DNA of 64,000 nt from a bacterium UBP8_UBA817 (GCA_945888435.1 CAMCZW010000005.1:3114-67113), one strand, 5' to 3'; counted from the stretch's first letter, positions 41,889 through 51,514 are shown. The notes: a model not told the origin generated them from the letters alone. A program made the numbers and translations.

Positions 41889-42221
41889 CTAGGCTTTTCC
41901 GATTATTTTTGTGATTTCATCATTCATTCCGGCTTCTGTTCGATGGCCAATTATGCGACCAATTTCTTTTCCATTTTGAAAAACGATACAGCATGGAATG
42001 CTGGAAATTTGAAAATCTTGAGCGGATTTGATATTGCTATCCACATCTATTTTACAGATTTTGATATCATCGGACCTTTTTTCTGAAATGGCACTTAATA
42101 CCGGGGCTAACATCTTGCATGGTCCACACCATTGTGCCCAGAAATCTACCAGGACCGCCTTTTTCGTTTCTGCTAATACTTCGGATTGGAATGTTGAGTC
42201 TGTAATTACTGTGACTGACAT
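41889..42221 (-). CDS. trxA: Thioredoxin
   Basis: VDFWAQWCGPCKM. Confidence 0.97.
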   Translation of the reverse strand: MSVTVITDSTFQSEVLAETKKAVLVDFWAQWCGPCKMLAPVLSAISEKRSDDIKICKIDVDSNIKSAQDFQISSIPCCIVFQNGKEIGRIIGHRTEAGMNDEITKIIGKA

Positions 42222-42295
42222 AAAGGCCTCCTGTTGGTTTTGTGTGAGATCGACTCGACTTTAGCATGTTGTCACTACTTTTGGAACATCACGGC

Positions 42296-43456
42296 CTATT
42301 TGAGAAGTTGGTCGTGTTCTCTTTTGGCGTAGACATCGGTCATGCCGGCAATATAATCGCAGATGACGCGTTCTTTGGATTGGTTTTCTTTGATTTTCTC
42401 TTGATATCTTTCTGGGAGCAAATAGAGATCGTCCATAAAGATTTCAAAAATGTCTTTAATGATTCTCTGTCCTTTTTGATTCATTCGATAGACATCACTG
42501 TGGAAATAGAAATGTTTGAATAGATATCTTCTTAGTTCTGAGTTTTTCTCTTTCATTTCATCGCTAAAACTGACGATTTCTTTTTTCATCTCCTGGACAT
42601 CCTGGATGGTTTGGATGCCGGTTTCCTGAATATTTTTTAATGTTTGGTAATAAACATCTTGGACTTGCGATGAAATTAAATAGCTATTGATAAGCGTTTT
42701 ACGATGCCGGCCTGAGAGATTGGTATATGTTTTTTCGATTTGGCTTTTGGCCTCTTTCCATAAAGTAACGTCTTTTTCGAGGAGATCCTCCTGGAGTAGG
42801 CCGGCTCTTAGCCCATCATCTAGATCATGATTGTTATAGGCGACTTCGTCGGAGATATTGCAAACCTCGGCTTCAAGTGAATGAAATCCTTGGATCGATT
42901 GATCTGGATGATCCCATGGGGTTTGATGCTTCATGAGGCCATCTCGTAGTTCGAGCGTGAGGTTTAATCCGTTGAACATGGGGTATTTTTCTTCTAACTC
43001 GTCGACAATGCGCCTACTTTGGAGGTTATGTTCAAAGCCACCATAGGGTTTCATGAGTTTATTGAGTTCTCGTTCTCCGGCATGGCCAAATGGAGTATGG
43101 CCGAGGTCATGGGCTAAGGCAATCCCTTCTGAGAGATCTTCATTGAGCCTGAGTAAGCGCGCGAGATGACGGGAAACCTGGGCAACCTCGATCGTGTGAG
43201 TGAGGCGCGATCTATAATGATCAGATTCGGTTGCAATAAATACCTGGGTTTTGTGCTTAAGCCTGCGAAAGGCTTTGGAGTGGATAATTCGGTCACGATC
43301 TCTTTGAAAGCAGGTTCTGGAGGGAGACTCTGGCTCTGGATATTTGCGACCTTTAGAGTCTTTGCTTTTGACCGCATAAGATGCCAAAAGCCGACACTCT
43401 ATTTCTTCAAAATATCGTGTCGGCTCTGGAAATTGATGGATGTTTAATTCCACCAA
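42296..43456 (-). CDS. dgt: dGTP triphosphohydrolase-like HD protein
   Basis: FQRDRDRIIHSKAFRRLKHKTQVF, RLTHTIEV, HDLGHTPFGHAGE, DYIAGMTD. Confidence 0.95.
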   Translation of the reverse strand: MVELNIHQFPEPTRYFEEIECRLLASYAVKSKDSKGRKYPEPESPSRTCFQRDRDRIIHSKAFRRLKHKTQVFIATESDHYRSRLTHTIEVAQVSRHLARLLRLNEDLSEGIALAHDLGHTPFGHAGERELNKLMKPYGGFEHNLQSRRIVDELEEKYPMFNGLNLTLELRDGLMKHQTPWDHPDQSIQGFHSLEAEVCNISDEVAYNNHDLDDGLRAGLLQEDLLEKDVTLWKEAKSQIEKTYTNLSGRHRKTLINSYLISSQVQDVYYQTLKNIQETGIQTIQDVQEMKKEIVSFSDEMKEKNSELRRYLFKHFYFHSDVYRMNQKGQRIIKDIFEIFMDDLYLLPERYQEKIKENQSKERVICDYIAGMTDVYAKREHDQLLK

Positions 43457-43460
43457 AAAT

Positions 43461-44273
43461 TTATCCTAGTGAGAATCGGATGGACTGGTTAATTGTTGAC
43501 CCTTCTGGAAGGTAATTTTTAATCACGACTTCAGAATCTTTTACAAAGTCTTGCTCAAGTAAGCAATTTTCTTTGTAGAATCGGCCTAATTTACCTTCGA
43601 CAATTTTGTCGACAATGGCTTCAGGTTTACCTTCTTTTAGTACTTGTGCCTTAATCACGCTTCGTTCAGTTTCTAAATCAGCGGAAGGAACTTCTTCACG
43701 ACGGATATATGGAGGATTTATTGCGGCCACATGCATGGCAACTCCACGCCCCATTTCTTCTGATACTTGGGTATTGAAGGAAACGATGACGCCGATTTTA
43801 CCGTTCATGTGAACATATTCTGCCACATTTTTATCTTCTACTTTTTGAAGTCTTTTAAATGAAATTTTTTCACCTAATTTCAAAATTTTGTCCGGAAGAA
43901 TATCCGAAATTTTTCGTCCAGCCACTTCAGCTTCGCCAAGATTTTCGACTTGGTTGATTGAGGAGTTGAGCAATGCATTCGCGACGCTTTGTCCGAATTC
44001 GATAAATTGATCATTACCAGAAACGAAATCCGTTTCGCAATTTACTTCCAGAATAACCCCTTGGGTTTTATCTGAATTTAATGCGGTAAAAATTCGACCT
44101 TCATTTGTTGAACGGTCTGATTTTTTTGCGGCGGCTGAAAGACCCTTTTCTCTTAGGATTTGGATTGCTTTTTCAAAATCCCCATCCGATTGTGAAAGGG
44201 CATTTTTACAATCCATCATTCCGACGCCTGTTTTTTCTCTTAATTCTTTAACTTGTTCAGCTGTAACGGCCAT
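43461..44273 (-). CDS. tsf: Elongation factor Ts
   Basis: VKELREKTGVGMMDCK, EVNCETDFV. Confidence 0.98.
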   Translation of the reverse strand: MAVTAEQVKELREKTGVGMMDCKNALSQSDGDFEKAIQILREKGLSAAAKKSDRSTNEGRIFTALNSDKTQGVILEVNCETDFVSGNDQFIEFGQSVANALLNSSINQVENLGEAEVAGRKISDILPDKILKLGEKISFKRLQKVEDKNVAEYVHMNGKIGVIVSFNTQVSEEMGRGVAMHVAAINPPYIRREEVPSADLETERSVIKAQVLKEGKPEAIVDKIVEGKLGRFYKENCLLEQDFVKDSEVVIKNYLPEGSTINQSIRFSLG

Positions 44274-44287
44274 GGGACTCTCCTTAA

Positions 44288-45130
44288 TTACTCGGCTACT
44301 TTTTTTGGTTCTTCGGTTGCTTTTGCTTGGCTAGCTTGAAGCATTTGCTCTTCAACCTTTTCAAATCCAGCGGCTTCTTGTGCTCCGCGTCCTTCAAGTA
44401 CGGCTCTTGAAATAATACTGCAAAGCAATCGGATGGCACGAATTGCGTCATCGTTTGCTGGGATTGGGTATTGAACTTCATTTGGGTCAGCATTGGTGTC
44501 TACGATACCGATGATTGGAATCCCTAATTTATGGGCTTCTTTAATCGCTAACTGCTCTCGTTTTGTATCGATTACAAACAAGATTGATGGCATTGATACC
44601 ATATTTTTAATTCCAGTTAAGCTGTATTCTAATTTTGCCAATCTTTTTGTAATTCTGGATGATTCTTTATTGGATAATTTTTGAAGTAATCCATTGTCTT
44701 TCATTCCAGTGTACTTTTTCATTTTGTTAATGCTTTGGCGAATCGTCATATTGTTGGTGAGCGTTCCACCTAACCATCTGTGGTTAACATATGGCATTGA
44801 GGATCTTTCAGCTTCAATTTGAATCGCTTCTTGCGCTTGTTTTTTTGTTCCTACAAATAAAACAGTACCGCCTCGTCTTGCAATTTCTTTTACAAGTTCA
44901 AAAACGTCGTGAATTAATTTAATGGTTTGTTGAAGGTCGATAACGTGGATGCCGTTTCTTGAAGTGAAGATATAAGGCTTCATTTTTGGGTTCCAACGTT
45001 TAGTTTGGTGTCCAAAGTGAACTCCACATTCCAATAGTTGTCTCATGGTGATGACGCTATTGCTTTCTTCTTGTTGAGTATTATTGTTTGAATTTTGGAC
45101 GGCTGCGTCTTTGGTCTTAGTCTCTGACAT
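44288..45130 (-). CDS. rpsB: 30S ribosomal protein S2 with polar N-terminal extension
   Basis: GVHFGHQTKRWNPKM, FVGTKKQA, RWLGGTLTN, IPANDDAIRA; ATG 45130 after AGGAG. Confidence 0.98.
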   Translation of the reverse strand: MSETKTKDAAVQNSNNNTQQEESNSVITMRQLLECGVHFGHQTKRWNPKMKPYIFTSRNGIHVIDLQQTIKLIHDVFELVKEIARRGGTVLFVGTKKQAQEAIQIEAERSSMPYVNHRWLGGTLTNNMTIRQSINKMKKYTGMKDNGLLQKLSNKESSRITKRLAKLEYSLTGIKNMVSMPSILFVIDTKREQLAIKEAHKLGIPIIGIVDTNADPNEVQYPIPANDDAIRAIRLLCSIISRAVLEGRGAQEAAGFEKVEEQMLQASQAKATEEPKKVAE

Positions 45131-45147
45131 TCTGAACTCCTGATTCA

Positions 45148-45194
45148 TCACTACAGTCGGGTATTTACCCGCTACACTAGAGTGTAGATAGTGA
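45148..45194 (-). promoter_or_regulatory. Structured leader upstream of rpsB (candidate autogenous control site)
   Basis: Hairpins cgggta-tt-tacccg and ctacac-taga-gtgtag enclosed by tcacta/tagtga, directly upstream of the SD. Confidence 0.4.
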
Positions 45195-45288
45195 TTATTT
45201 TGATTTATATTTCTTTTGTAGTTTATACAAAAGATTGGTAAGGTATGCTAACCTTCTTTTTTACACCTAGTCAAGTATAAGGATCTCC

Positions 45289-46650
45289 ATGTCAAAGTCT
45301 TCCTTTCAATTCCTTGTCATGATACTGACCGTCTTTGTGATGTTAAGTGTCCCATTTATTAACTACCCTCTTACTGATGGAGATATTAAGAACTGGGCTG
45401 ATTCTGCTGCCATTTTGGCTCAAACTAATCAATATTTAGGTAACCTTAATGATCAGGCACATGGCCCCCTTATCACGTGGTGCTCGGCCATCTTTTTAAA
45501 ACTATCCCCTCTTTCCTTTTATATGCTTAATTTTTTCAATTTATTGATGGGTGTTTTGGCCTGCTGTTTGATGTATTTTTTTTCGCTTCGTCTTTGGAAA
45601 TCAGAAAATTTAGCCCGATTTAATGTGTATCTCTTGTCGACGAGTTTAATGTTTGTCTATTTATCTCGAACGCCGATGTATGACTGGCCGGCTACTGTTT
45701 TTTATTTTGGATTTTGCGGATTTTATCTTTTATATCTTCAATCTAATAAAAAGCAGTATTTTTGGATTTCTACCATTTTAATTGCAATTGGGAGTTTAAG
45801 CCGATTTTCGATTTGCGGTGGCTTAATGGGTATCTTGATAATTTTGACTCACTTTATTTATAGAAGATCGATTTGGCAGACGGTTAAGGATTGTGTTCTG
45901 GCATCTCTGGTTGTTTTGGTCGCGAATCTCCCATGGTTTATTTCTCAAGCTGATTCGAATGGGCTTTCTTTTGTGAAATCTTTCATCTACGACAATACCG
46001 GCCGATTTGTGAAATCTACTCGCAAAAATGCAGAGTACCGTGGTGATTTTTATGGCTTTTCTTTATATGTGTTTGTGGGATTAATCCCTCACACCTTTGT
46101 GATGATTACCTCATTTTTTAACCGTCACTTTGCCGAATTGTTAAAAAAGGAAAGAGTTTATCAATTTTTGATGGCATCGTTTTTACCTTGTTTGATTTTG
46201 TTTTCAATTTCGGGACATACGAAGCTTGGGCGTTATATCGCTTATGTATTTCCAACACTCATTATGCTGATGGGTCATTATGCATTTACAGAAGGGTTGA
46301 TTCGTCCTGAATTTAGAGCGCGCGCCGCCAAAATGACTGGATTTACAGCCGTGTTTTTTGGGATTTTATTGACGGTATACTGGTTTCAATTTTCTAAGGA
46401 AGCCTCACAATCGGTGGTGTTTGTGTCGGCCTTTGCATTGTTATTATTTTCACTACTTTTGACCGCTTATTTATCGGTTGCGAAATATTGGGAGTCTTTA
46501 CGGACCCATTCTCATCATTGGCTAATGGTCCATGCGGTCCTGTATATGATATTTTTTACGATTCTTGCAATTGAAGTGCCAAAAACACCATTTTTGGCTC
46601 ATGTTCAAGAAAGTATTATGTCGCGACTTAATGGGAGTATTTTAGAATGA
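45289..46650 (+). CDS. ArnT/PMT-like (GT-C) membrane glycosyltransferase
   Basis: Polytopic; DGD loop, DQAHGPLITW, SRTPMYD, NLPWF, DNTGRF, TKLGRYIAYVFP. Confidence 0.8.
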   Translation: MSKSSFQFLVMILTVFVMLSVPFINYPLTDGDIKNWADSAAILAQTNQYLGNLNDQAHGPLITWCSAIFLKLSPLSFYMLNFFNLLMGVLACCLMYFFSLRLWKSENLARFNVYLLSTSLMFVYLSRTPMYDWPATVFYFGFCGFYLLYLQSNKKQYFWISTILIAIGSLSRFSICGGLMGILIILTHFIYRRSIWQTVKDCVLASLVVLVANLPWFISQADSNGLSFVKSFIYDNTGRFVKSTRKNAEYRGDFYGFSLYVFVGLIPHTFVMITSFFNRHFAELLKKERVYQFLMASFLPCLILFSISGHTKLGRYIAYVFPTLIMLMGHYAFTEGLIRPEFRARAAKMTGFTAVFFGILLTVYWFQFSKEASQSVVFVSAFALLLFSLLLTAYLSVAKYWESLRTHSHHWLMVHAVLYMIFFTILAIEVPKTPFLAHVQESIMSRLNGSILE

Positions 46651-47594
46651 AAGTAATTATCCAAATCCCTGCTTTTAATGAAGCAGACGCCTTACCTATT
46701 TCACTTGCGGATCTTCCGACTCAGATTGACGGGGCGACCGTGGTTGAGTGGTTGGTCATTGATGATGGCAGCTCAGATAATACCTCTGACGTTGCAAAAC
46801 GCCATGGTGTCCATCATGTGGTTCGGCATTCTTATAACCAGGGCTTAGCCCGTGCCTTTATGACTGGGATTGAGGCTTGCCTACGTCTTGGGGCTGATGT
46901 AATTGTGAATACCGATGCCGATAACCAATATCTGGCCGCCGATATCCCGAATTTGGTCCGGCCTATTATTGAAGGGCGAGCGGATTTTGTGATTGGTGAA
47001 AGACCAATTTTAGAAACTGAACATTTTTCTTTTGTTAAAAAGCTACTTCAACGATTGGGAAGTTTTGTTGTGCGGGTATTAAGCCGTACATCGATTCAAG
47101 ATGCCCCAAGTGGCTTTAGAGCTATTAGCCGAGAAGCTGCACTGCGATTAAACGTATTTAATGATTACACATATACGCTTGAAACAATTATCCAGGCGGG
47201 GCAAACCGGTATCCGGACACTCTCTATTCCCATTCGTACCAATGGCTATTTAAGGCCTTCTCGATTAGTAAAAAGCATTCCTCATTATGTCAGAAGATCA
47301 TTAGTCACCATGTTTCGAGTGATTAATATTTATAAGCCTCTTCGATTTTTTATGTGGCTTTCGATATTACCATTTACTTTGGGTGGAATTCTGGTGATTC
47401 GATGGGCGGTCTTTTATTCGGGTGATACGCCAGCGTCCCATATCCCAAGTCTTTTAATTGGGGTTGGTCTTATTTTAATTGGATTTCAATTGCTTATTTT
47501 TGGACTGATTGCCGATATTATTTCGGTTAATCGCCGCCTACTAGAAGATATTCAGTACCGACTTCGTAAAACAGCGTCTGTCTCTAATCAGTAA
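46647..47594 (+). CDS. GT2 polyprenol-phosphate glycosyltransferase
   Basis: QIPAFNEA, IDDGSSD, NTDADNQY, DAPSGFRA, two C-terminal TM helices. Confidence 0.92.
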   Translation: MKVIIQIPAFNEADALPISLADLPTQIDGATVVEWLVIDDGSSDNTSDVAKRHGVHHVVRHSYNQGLARAFMTGIEACLRLGADVIVNTDADNQYLAADIPNLVRPIIEGRADFVIGERPILETEHFSFVKKLLQRLGSFVVRVLSRTSIQDAPSGFRAISREAALRLNVFNDYTYTLETIIQAGQTGIRTLSIPIRTNGYLRPSRLVKSIPHYVRRSLVTMFRVINIYKPLRFFMWLSILPFTLGGILVIRWAVFYSGDTPASHIPSLLIGVGLILIGFQLLIFGLIADIISVNRRLLEDIQYRLRKTASVSNQ

Positions 47595-47606
47595 TTGGGA
47601 GTGATC

Positions 47607-48887
47607 ATGTCCTCATCTCAATTATTCAAAGATGCTCAGCAAGTCTTGGTTGGCGGGGTTAATAGCCCCGTCAGGGCGTTTAAGTCCGTGGGTGGTACCC
47701 CAGTATTTATTAAAAGTGGAAACGGGGCATATGTAACCACTGAAGATGGTCATCAACTCATTGATTACATTGGCGCTTTTGGCCCTCATATTTTAGGACA
47801 TTCTCACCCGACGATTTTATCGGCGTTACGTGATGCTATGGACTTAGGGCTTTCATTTGGTGCGCCTACTGAAGCTGAAACTATTTTGGCTCATAAAGTA
47901 CAAAAAGCGTTTCCATCGATTGAGCAAATTCGATTTGTGAATTCTGGGACGGAAGCATGTATGGGGGCACTTCGATTGGCGAGAGGATTTACGAAACGGG
48001 ATATCGTTCTTAAATTTAGTGGATGCTATCACGGACATTCGGACTCTCTTTTGGTGGCTGCTGGGTCTGGCAATTTAACCTTCGGTCAATTGGATAGCGC
48101 TGGAGTTCCCCACTCTTTTGTGGAGCATACGGCGGTTTTAGAATTTAATGATTCTGAAGCGGTGAGACAGTTTTTTTCTGAATTTGGAGATCACACCGCG
48201 GCCGTGATTGTCGAGCCTGTGGTTGGTAATATGGGCGTTGTCCTACCTGAATTAGGTTTTTTACATACATTGAGACAAGTTTGTACTCAGTATGGGGCTG
48301 TTCTTATTTTTGATGAAGTGATGACTGGGTTTCGGGTGTCGTCTGGCGGGGCTCAACAGCTTTACTCGATTACTCCAGATTTAACTTGTTTGGGTAAAAT
48401 TATTGGAGGCGGCCTTCCTTGCGGCGCGTTTGGTGGACGAAAAGATATTATGGCGTTTCTTTCTCCGAATGGGCCGGTTTATCAGGCGGGAACACTTTCG
48501 GGCAATCCTTTAGTGATGGCCGCCGGGATTGCGATGCTTGGGTTATTGTCGGATCCTGCAATTTATTCTCGGTTGGAGCAACGCTCTCATGCACTTGAAG
48601 TGGGGATTAACCAAGCTTCTTTAGCAACCAAGGTTCCTGTATCTGTGAATCGGGTTGGGAGTATGATTTCGATGTTTTTTACGGACACTCCGGTGACGAA
48701 CTTGGCATCGGCACAAACGAGTAATACACAACGCTTTGCGAAATTTCATTCTTATTTATTAGATTCTCATGTGATGATTCCTCCATCACAATTTGAAGCG
48801 TGGTTTGTATCCCATGCACATTCTGATGAGGATATTACCCGTACGGTTGATGCGATTCATCACTTTTGTGAGACTGTTTCATCTTGA
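47607..48887 (+). CDS. hemL: Glutamate-1-semialdehyde 2,1-aminomutase
   Basis: GGVNSPVRAF, NSGTEA, GCYHGHSD, FDEVMTGFR, GKIIGGGLP, YQAGTLSGNP, PPSQFEAWF. Confidence 0.98.
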   Translation: MSSSQLFKDAQQVLVGGVNSPVRAFKSVGGTPVFIKSGNGAYVTTEDGHQLIDYIGAFGPHILGHSHPTILSALRDAMDLGLSFGAPTEAETILAHKVQKAFPSIEQIRFVNSGTEACMGALRLARGFTKRDIVLKFSGCYHGHSDSLLVAAGSGNLTFGQLDSAGVPHSFVEHTAVLEFNDSEAVRQFFSEFGDHTAAVIVEPVVGNMGVVLPELGFLHTLRQVCTQYGAVLIFDEVMTGFRVSSGGAQQLYSITPDLTCLGKIIGGGLPCGAFGGRKDIMAFLSPNGPVYQAGTLSGNPLVMAAGIAMLGLLSDPAIYSRLEQRSHALEVGINQASLATKVPVSVNRVGSMISMFFTDTPVTNLASAQTSNTQRFAKFHSYLLDSHVMIPPSQFEAWFVSHAHSDEDITRTVDAIHHFCETVSS

Positions 48888-48936
48888 AATTGAACGCTGA
48901 TTTATTTTATTTTAATCAATGCCTATGTGTGTGGCT

Positions 48937-48964
48937 TTGATTTTGTCAGGTCTCACTTTATAAT
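48937..48964 (+). promoter_or_regulatory. Putative sigma70-type promoter of the TPR / FliF-FliG operon
   Basis: TTGATT-N16-TATAAT, 36 bp upstream of the ATG at 49001. Confidence 0.45.
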
Positions 48965-49000
48965 GGGCGAAGTCAACTTGATTTATATGGAGAATTTTTA

Positions 49001-50047
49001 ATGAAGTATCGGGCATTGCCATTACTTTTCGTATCGTTTTTTTCTCTTAGTATTTTTTACATGTCTCCTCTTTTGGCGCAATCTCGGACTACGTTTGGGA
49101 TTAAAACTGCACCAACGGGAGTGGCCCCTGTACCTGCAGCTCAACCTGTCGAGCCCACAGCCGATGAAGTATCTGAAGAGGATGCCCGTAAATCGCTTCA
49201 ACCAATGCTTAAAACCTATCAATATCCAGATGCTCTCCGCCTTTTAGAATCACTACCTAGTGATCAACTTACCCAGAACGATGTGGTGCTTAAAGATCGA
49301 TTGAGTGTCATTGTAACTGTAGATCAAAGCGAAGATAATTCGGCCAAAATTATTCAAGGCGATGATGATTTGGATCCCGAGGATCAAGATACGATTAAAC
49401 GATTATATCGTGAGGCGCAACGGTCATTTGTTTCCGGTGATGATGAGCTAACCAAAGATCTCCTTATTCAAATTGTTTATATTAGTCGCCGTCATTTTAA
49501 AGCTAAGCAATTTTTAAAATTGGGATTTGGACTTGATACAGGTGGCTATCAAGTTGAAGATAAGCAAACCAAGTTTTGGGAACAATCTTCTGTGTTTTTT
49601 TATGGCGGTAATTATGAGCGTGCAGTTAATGTTTTAAAAATGCTGGCTGTTTTTGATCCTAAGAATTCTAAGGTTCATGAGCGAATGGGATCAGCGTATT
49701 ATATGCTGAGTCAAAAAAAGGAAGCGATTGAGGCTTGGACCACAGCATTATTTTTAGATCCTAACAATAAAACTCTAGAGCATTTTATTGCTGAAACCGA
49801 AAAAGCCTTAACTGTTGATAAAGAATCCGCAAAGCGTGCTAAGGAGGAAAAGCAAAATCGTAAAAAAGAAGGAGGCTCTGACGCTAGTGCTGGTGCTGAA
49901 ATGCAGCTTTTGGGGGTTTTCCCAACCCAAGCGAAAGCGTATTCTTATGCTCAGAAACTAAAAGAGGAAAACCTTAATCCAGTTGTCGAACAACTTGATA
50001 ATGGAAAATGGTCTGTCAGCGTCCCTAAATCTAAGAAGTCCAACTAA
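49001..50047 (+). CDS. Exported TPR protein with C-terminal SPOR-like segment
   Basis: Signal peptide (…SPLLA|Q), Pro/Ala linker, TPRs (FDPKNSKVHERMGSAYY, WTTALFLDPNN), C-terminal LGVFPTQAKAYSYAQKLKEENLNPVV...WSVSV. Confidence 0.8.
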   Translation: MKYRALPLLFVSFFSLSIFYMSPLLAQSRTTFGIKTAPTGVAPVPAAQPVEPTADEVSEEDARKSLQPMLKTYQYPDALRLLESLPSDQLTQNDVVLKDRLSVIVTVDQSEDNSAKIIQGDDDLDPEDQDTIKRLYREAQRSFVSGDDELTKDLLIQIVYISRRHFKAKQFLKLGFGLDTGGYQVEDKQTKFWEQSSVFFYGGNYERAVNVLKMLAVFDPKNSKVHERMGSAYYMLSQKKEAIEAWTTALFLDPNNKTLEHFIAETEKALTVDKESAKRAKEEKQNRKKEGGSDASAGAEMQLLGVFPTQAKAYSYAQKLKEENLNPVVEQLDNGKWSVSVPKSKKSN

Positions 50048-50056
50048 GGAGTAATA

Positions 50057-51514
50057 ATGAAATTTAAATCTTATCTGTTTTTACCCCTGTTTATTTTTTG
50101 CTGTGCGACATCTTTGTCTGCCGCAACAAGTGATGAAGCTGTTTTAGAGCAATCCTTATCTCAAAAAGCTCAGCAGACTTTAGACCGTATTTATGGTGAG
50201 CGAAACTTTGTTGTGGATGTGGATGTCGATATGACCACTCCAAAATATGAAGTTAAATATACCGAACAATCTAAGCCTAGAGGTGTTACTCAACCTAAAA
50301 AACAAGATGAGATAAATGTTTTACCTGGATACCCGGTTTTAAAAAACTTGGCTCCAGATTCAATTTCCAAACTTCCGTTTGATTCGATTACTACTTATGT
50401 ACGGCCTACACTACTTAAAACTCGGGTCAAGATTGTGGTTAATAAAGCATTTTCTAAATCACAGGCTGGACGTGCACGTGAAATGGTGGTTGAGTTATTG
50501 GGTCTTCAATTTCCTCGAGATACAATCGAAATTACTTACAAAACGTTTTATGATGCGGATGAATTAAGACAAGTCAAAGCAGCAAAACAAGAAACCACTA
50601 CATTTACACAGCGTTTTCTTATTCCCTCCACAATGGTTACATTGGGATTAGCGGCATGGTTTTCTCTCTTGTTTTTGGCCTTTATGTGGGTGCAAAGCCG
50701 TTCTAACGCAAAACAAGGTCGCGGTGGAGATGCTGCGGCTGCTCCAGCACCAAATGTAAGCGTAAATCCTAACTTTGAAATGCCAGAATCCTCAGGTGGA
50801 GGTGGTGGAGCTGCTGCAGTGGTTCAATCAGATCATGCCATTAAACGCTACTTTGATTTTATTAGTGAAAATAACGTTGATGAGTTGCTCTATCTGATTC
50901 GCAGTGAAAATATGTCTGTCGAAAATATTTCGATTATTGTGTCTTTTTTACCTGCACGATTGGGTGCAAAAGTAATGGGAGAGCTTGACTTGCAAAATCA
51001 GGCAACAATTACAACCAACATTTTGAGTCAGAGGGTCGTTAATCGCGCTTATTTGGATAAATTAGAAGGCCGCGTACGCGACTGGCTTGAATGTCTTGTT
51101 GGCGGTAAGTCGTCGTTTGTGAGGCTATTCACATATGTGTCGGGCGAAGTTAAAAAACAACTTATGGGAGTTTTGGGTCAAACCAACCGTGATGCGTATC
51201 GCATGTTTAGAGAAAGTGTTGTTATTTTTGATGATCTTAAGTTTCTTTCGGATGATGAGCTTAAGCTGGTCTTGTCGGAGTCTAACATTGAATTATTATC
51301 GACGGCGCTTGTGAGCGTTGAAGATTCAACGCAGCAAAAGATTAACTCTAATTTAAATCAAAGTGCAAAAGAAATGATTAGGCAGTATTTAGACTTGAAG
51401 GGCAAGACGATTTCTAAGCGTGATATTGAGGCGGCTCAGGACTATGTTATCAATATCGTAAACAAGCTCGAGGCCGAAGGCAAGATCAACCTTAGATCGA
51501 AGATCTCCGTTTAG
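50057..51514 (+). CDS. FliF C-terminal (RBM3)-like / TM / FliG middle+C-terminal domain fusion protein
   Basis: Signal peptide; LEQSLSQKAQQTLDRIYGERNFVVDVDVDM and MVVELLGLQFPRDTIEITYKTF (FliF_C pattern); TM helix; ISIIVSFLPARLGAKVM (FliG-M); GG hinge; IFDDLKFLSDDELKLVL and DIEAAQDYVINIVNKLEAEGKI (FliG-C). Confidence 0.85.
   Translation: MKFKSYLFLPLFIFCCATSLSAATSDEAVLEQSLSQKAQQTLDRIYGERNFVVDVDVDMTTPKYEVKYTEQSKPRGVTQPKKQDEINVLPGYPVLKNLAPDSISKLPFDSITTYVRPTLLKTRVKIVVNKAFSKSQAGRAREMVVELLGLQFPRDTIEITYKTFYDADELRQVKAAKQETTTFTQRFLIPSTMVTLGLAAWFSLLFLAFMWVQSRSNAKQGRGGDAAAAPAPNVSVNPNFEMPESSGGGGGAAAVVQSDHAIKRYFDFISENNVDELLYLIRSENMSVENISIIVSFLPARLGAKVMGELDLQNQATITTNILSQRVVNRAYLDKLEGRVRDWLECLVGGKSSFVRLFTYVSGEVKKQLMGVLGQTNRDAYRMFRESVVIFDDLKFLSDDELKLVLSESNIELLSTALVSVEDSTQQKINSNLNQSAKEMIRQYLDLKGKTISKRDIEAAQDYVINIVNKLEAEGKINLRSKISV

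Noticed and set aside
42266-42523. 85-aa plus-strand ORF
   Set aside because: Antisense shadow of the dGTPase 3' end.
50057-51514. Calling the gene simply fliG or an MgtE N-domain protein
   Set aside because: A signal peptide, an RBM3-like domain and a TM helix precede the FliG part, and key FliG motifs are altered.
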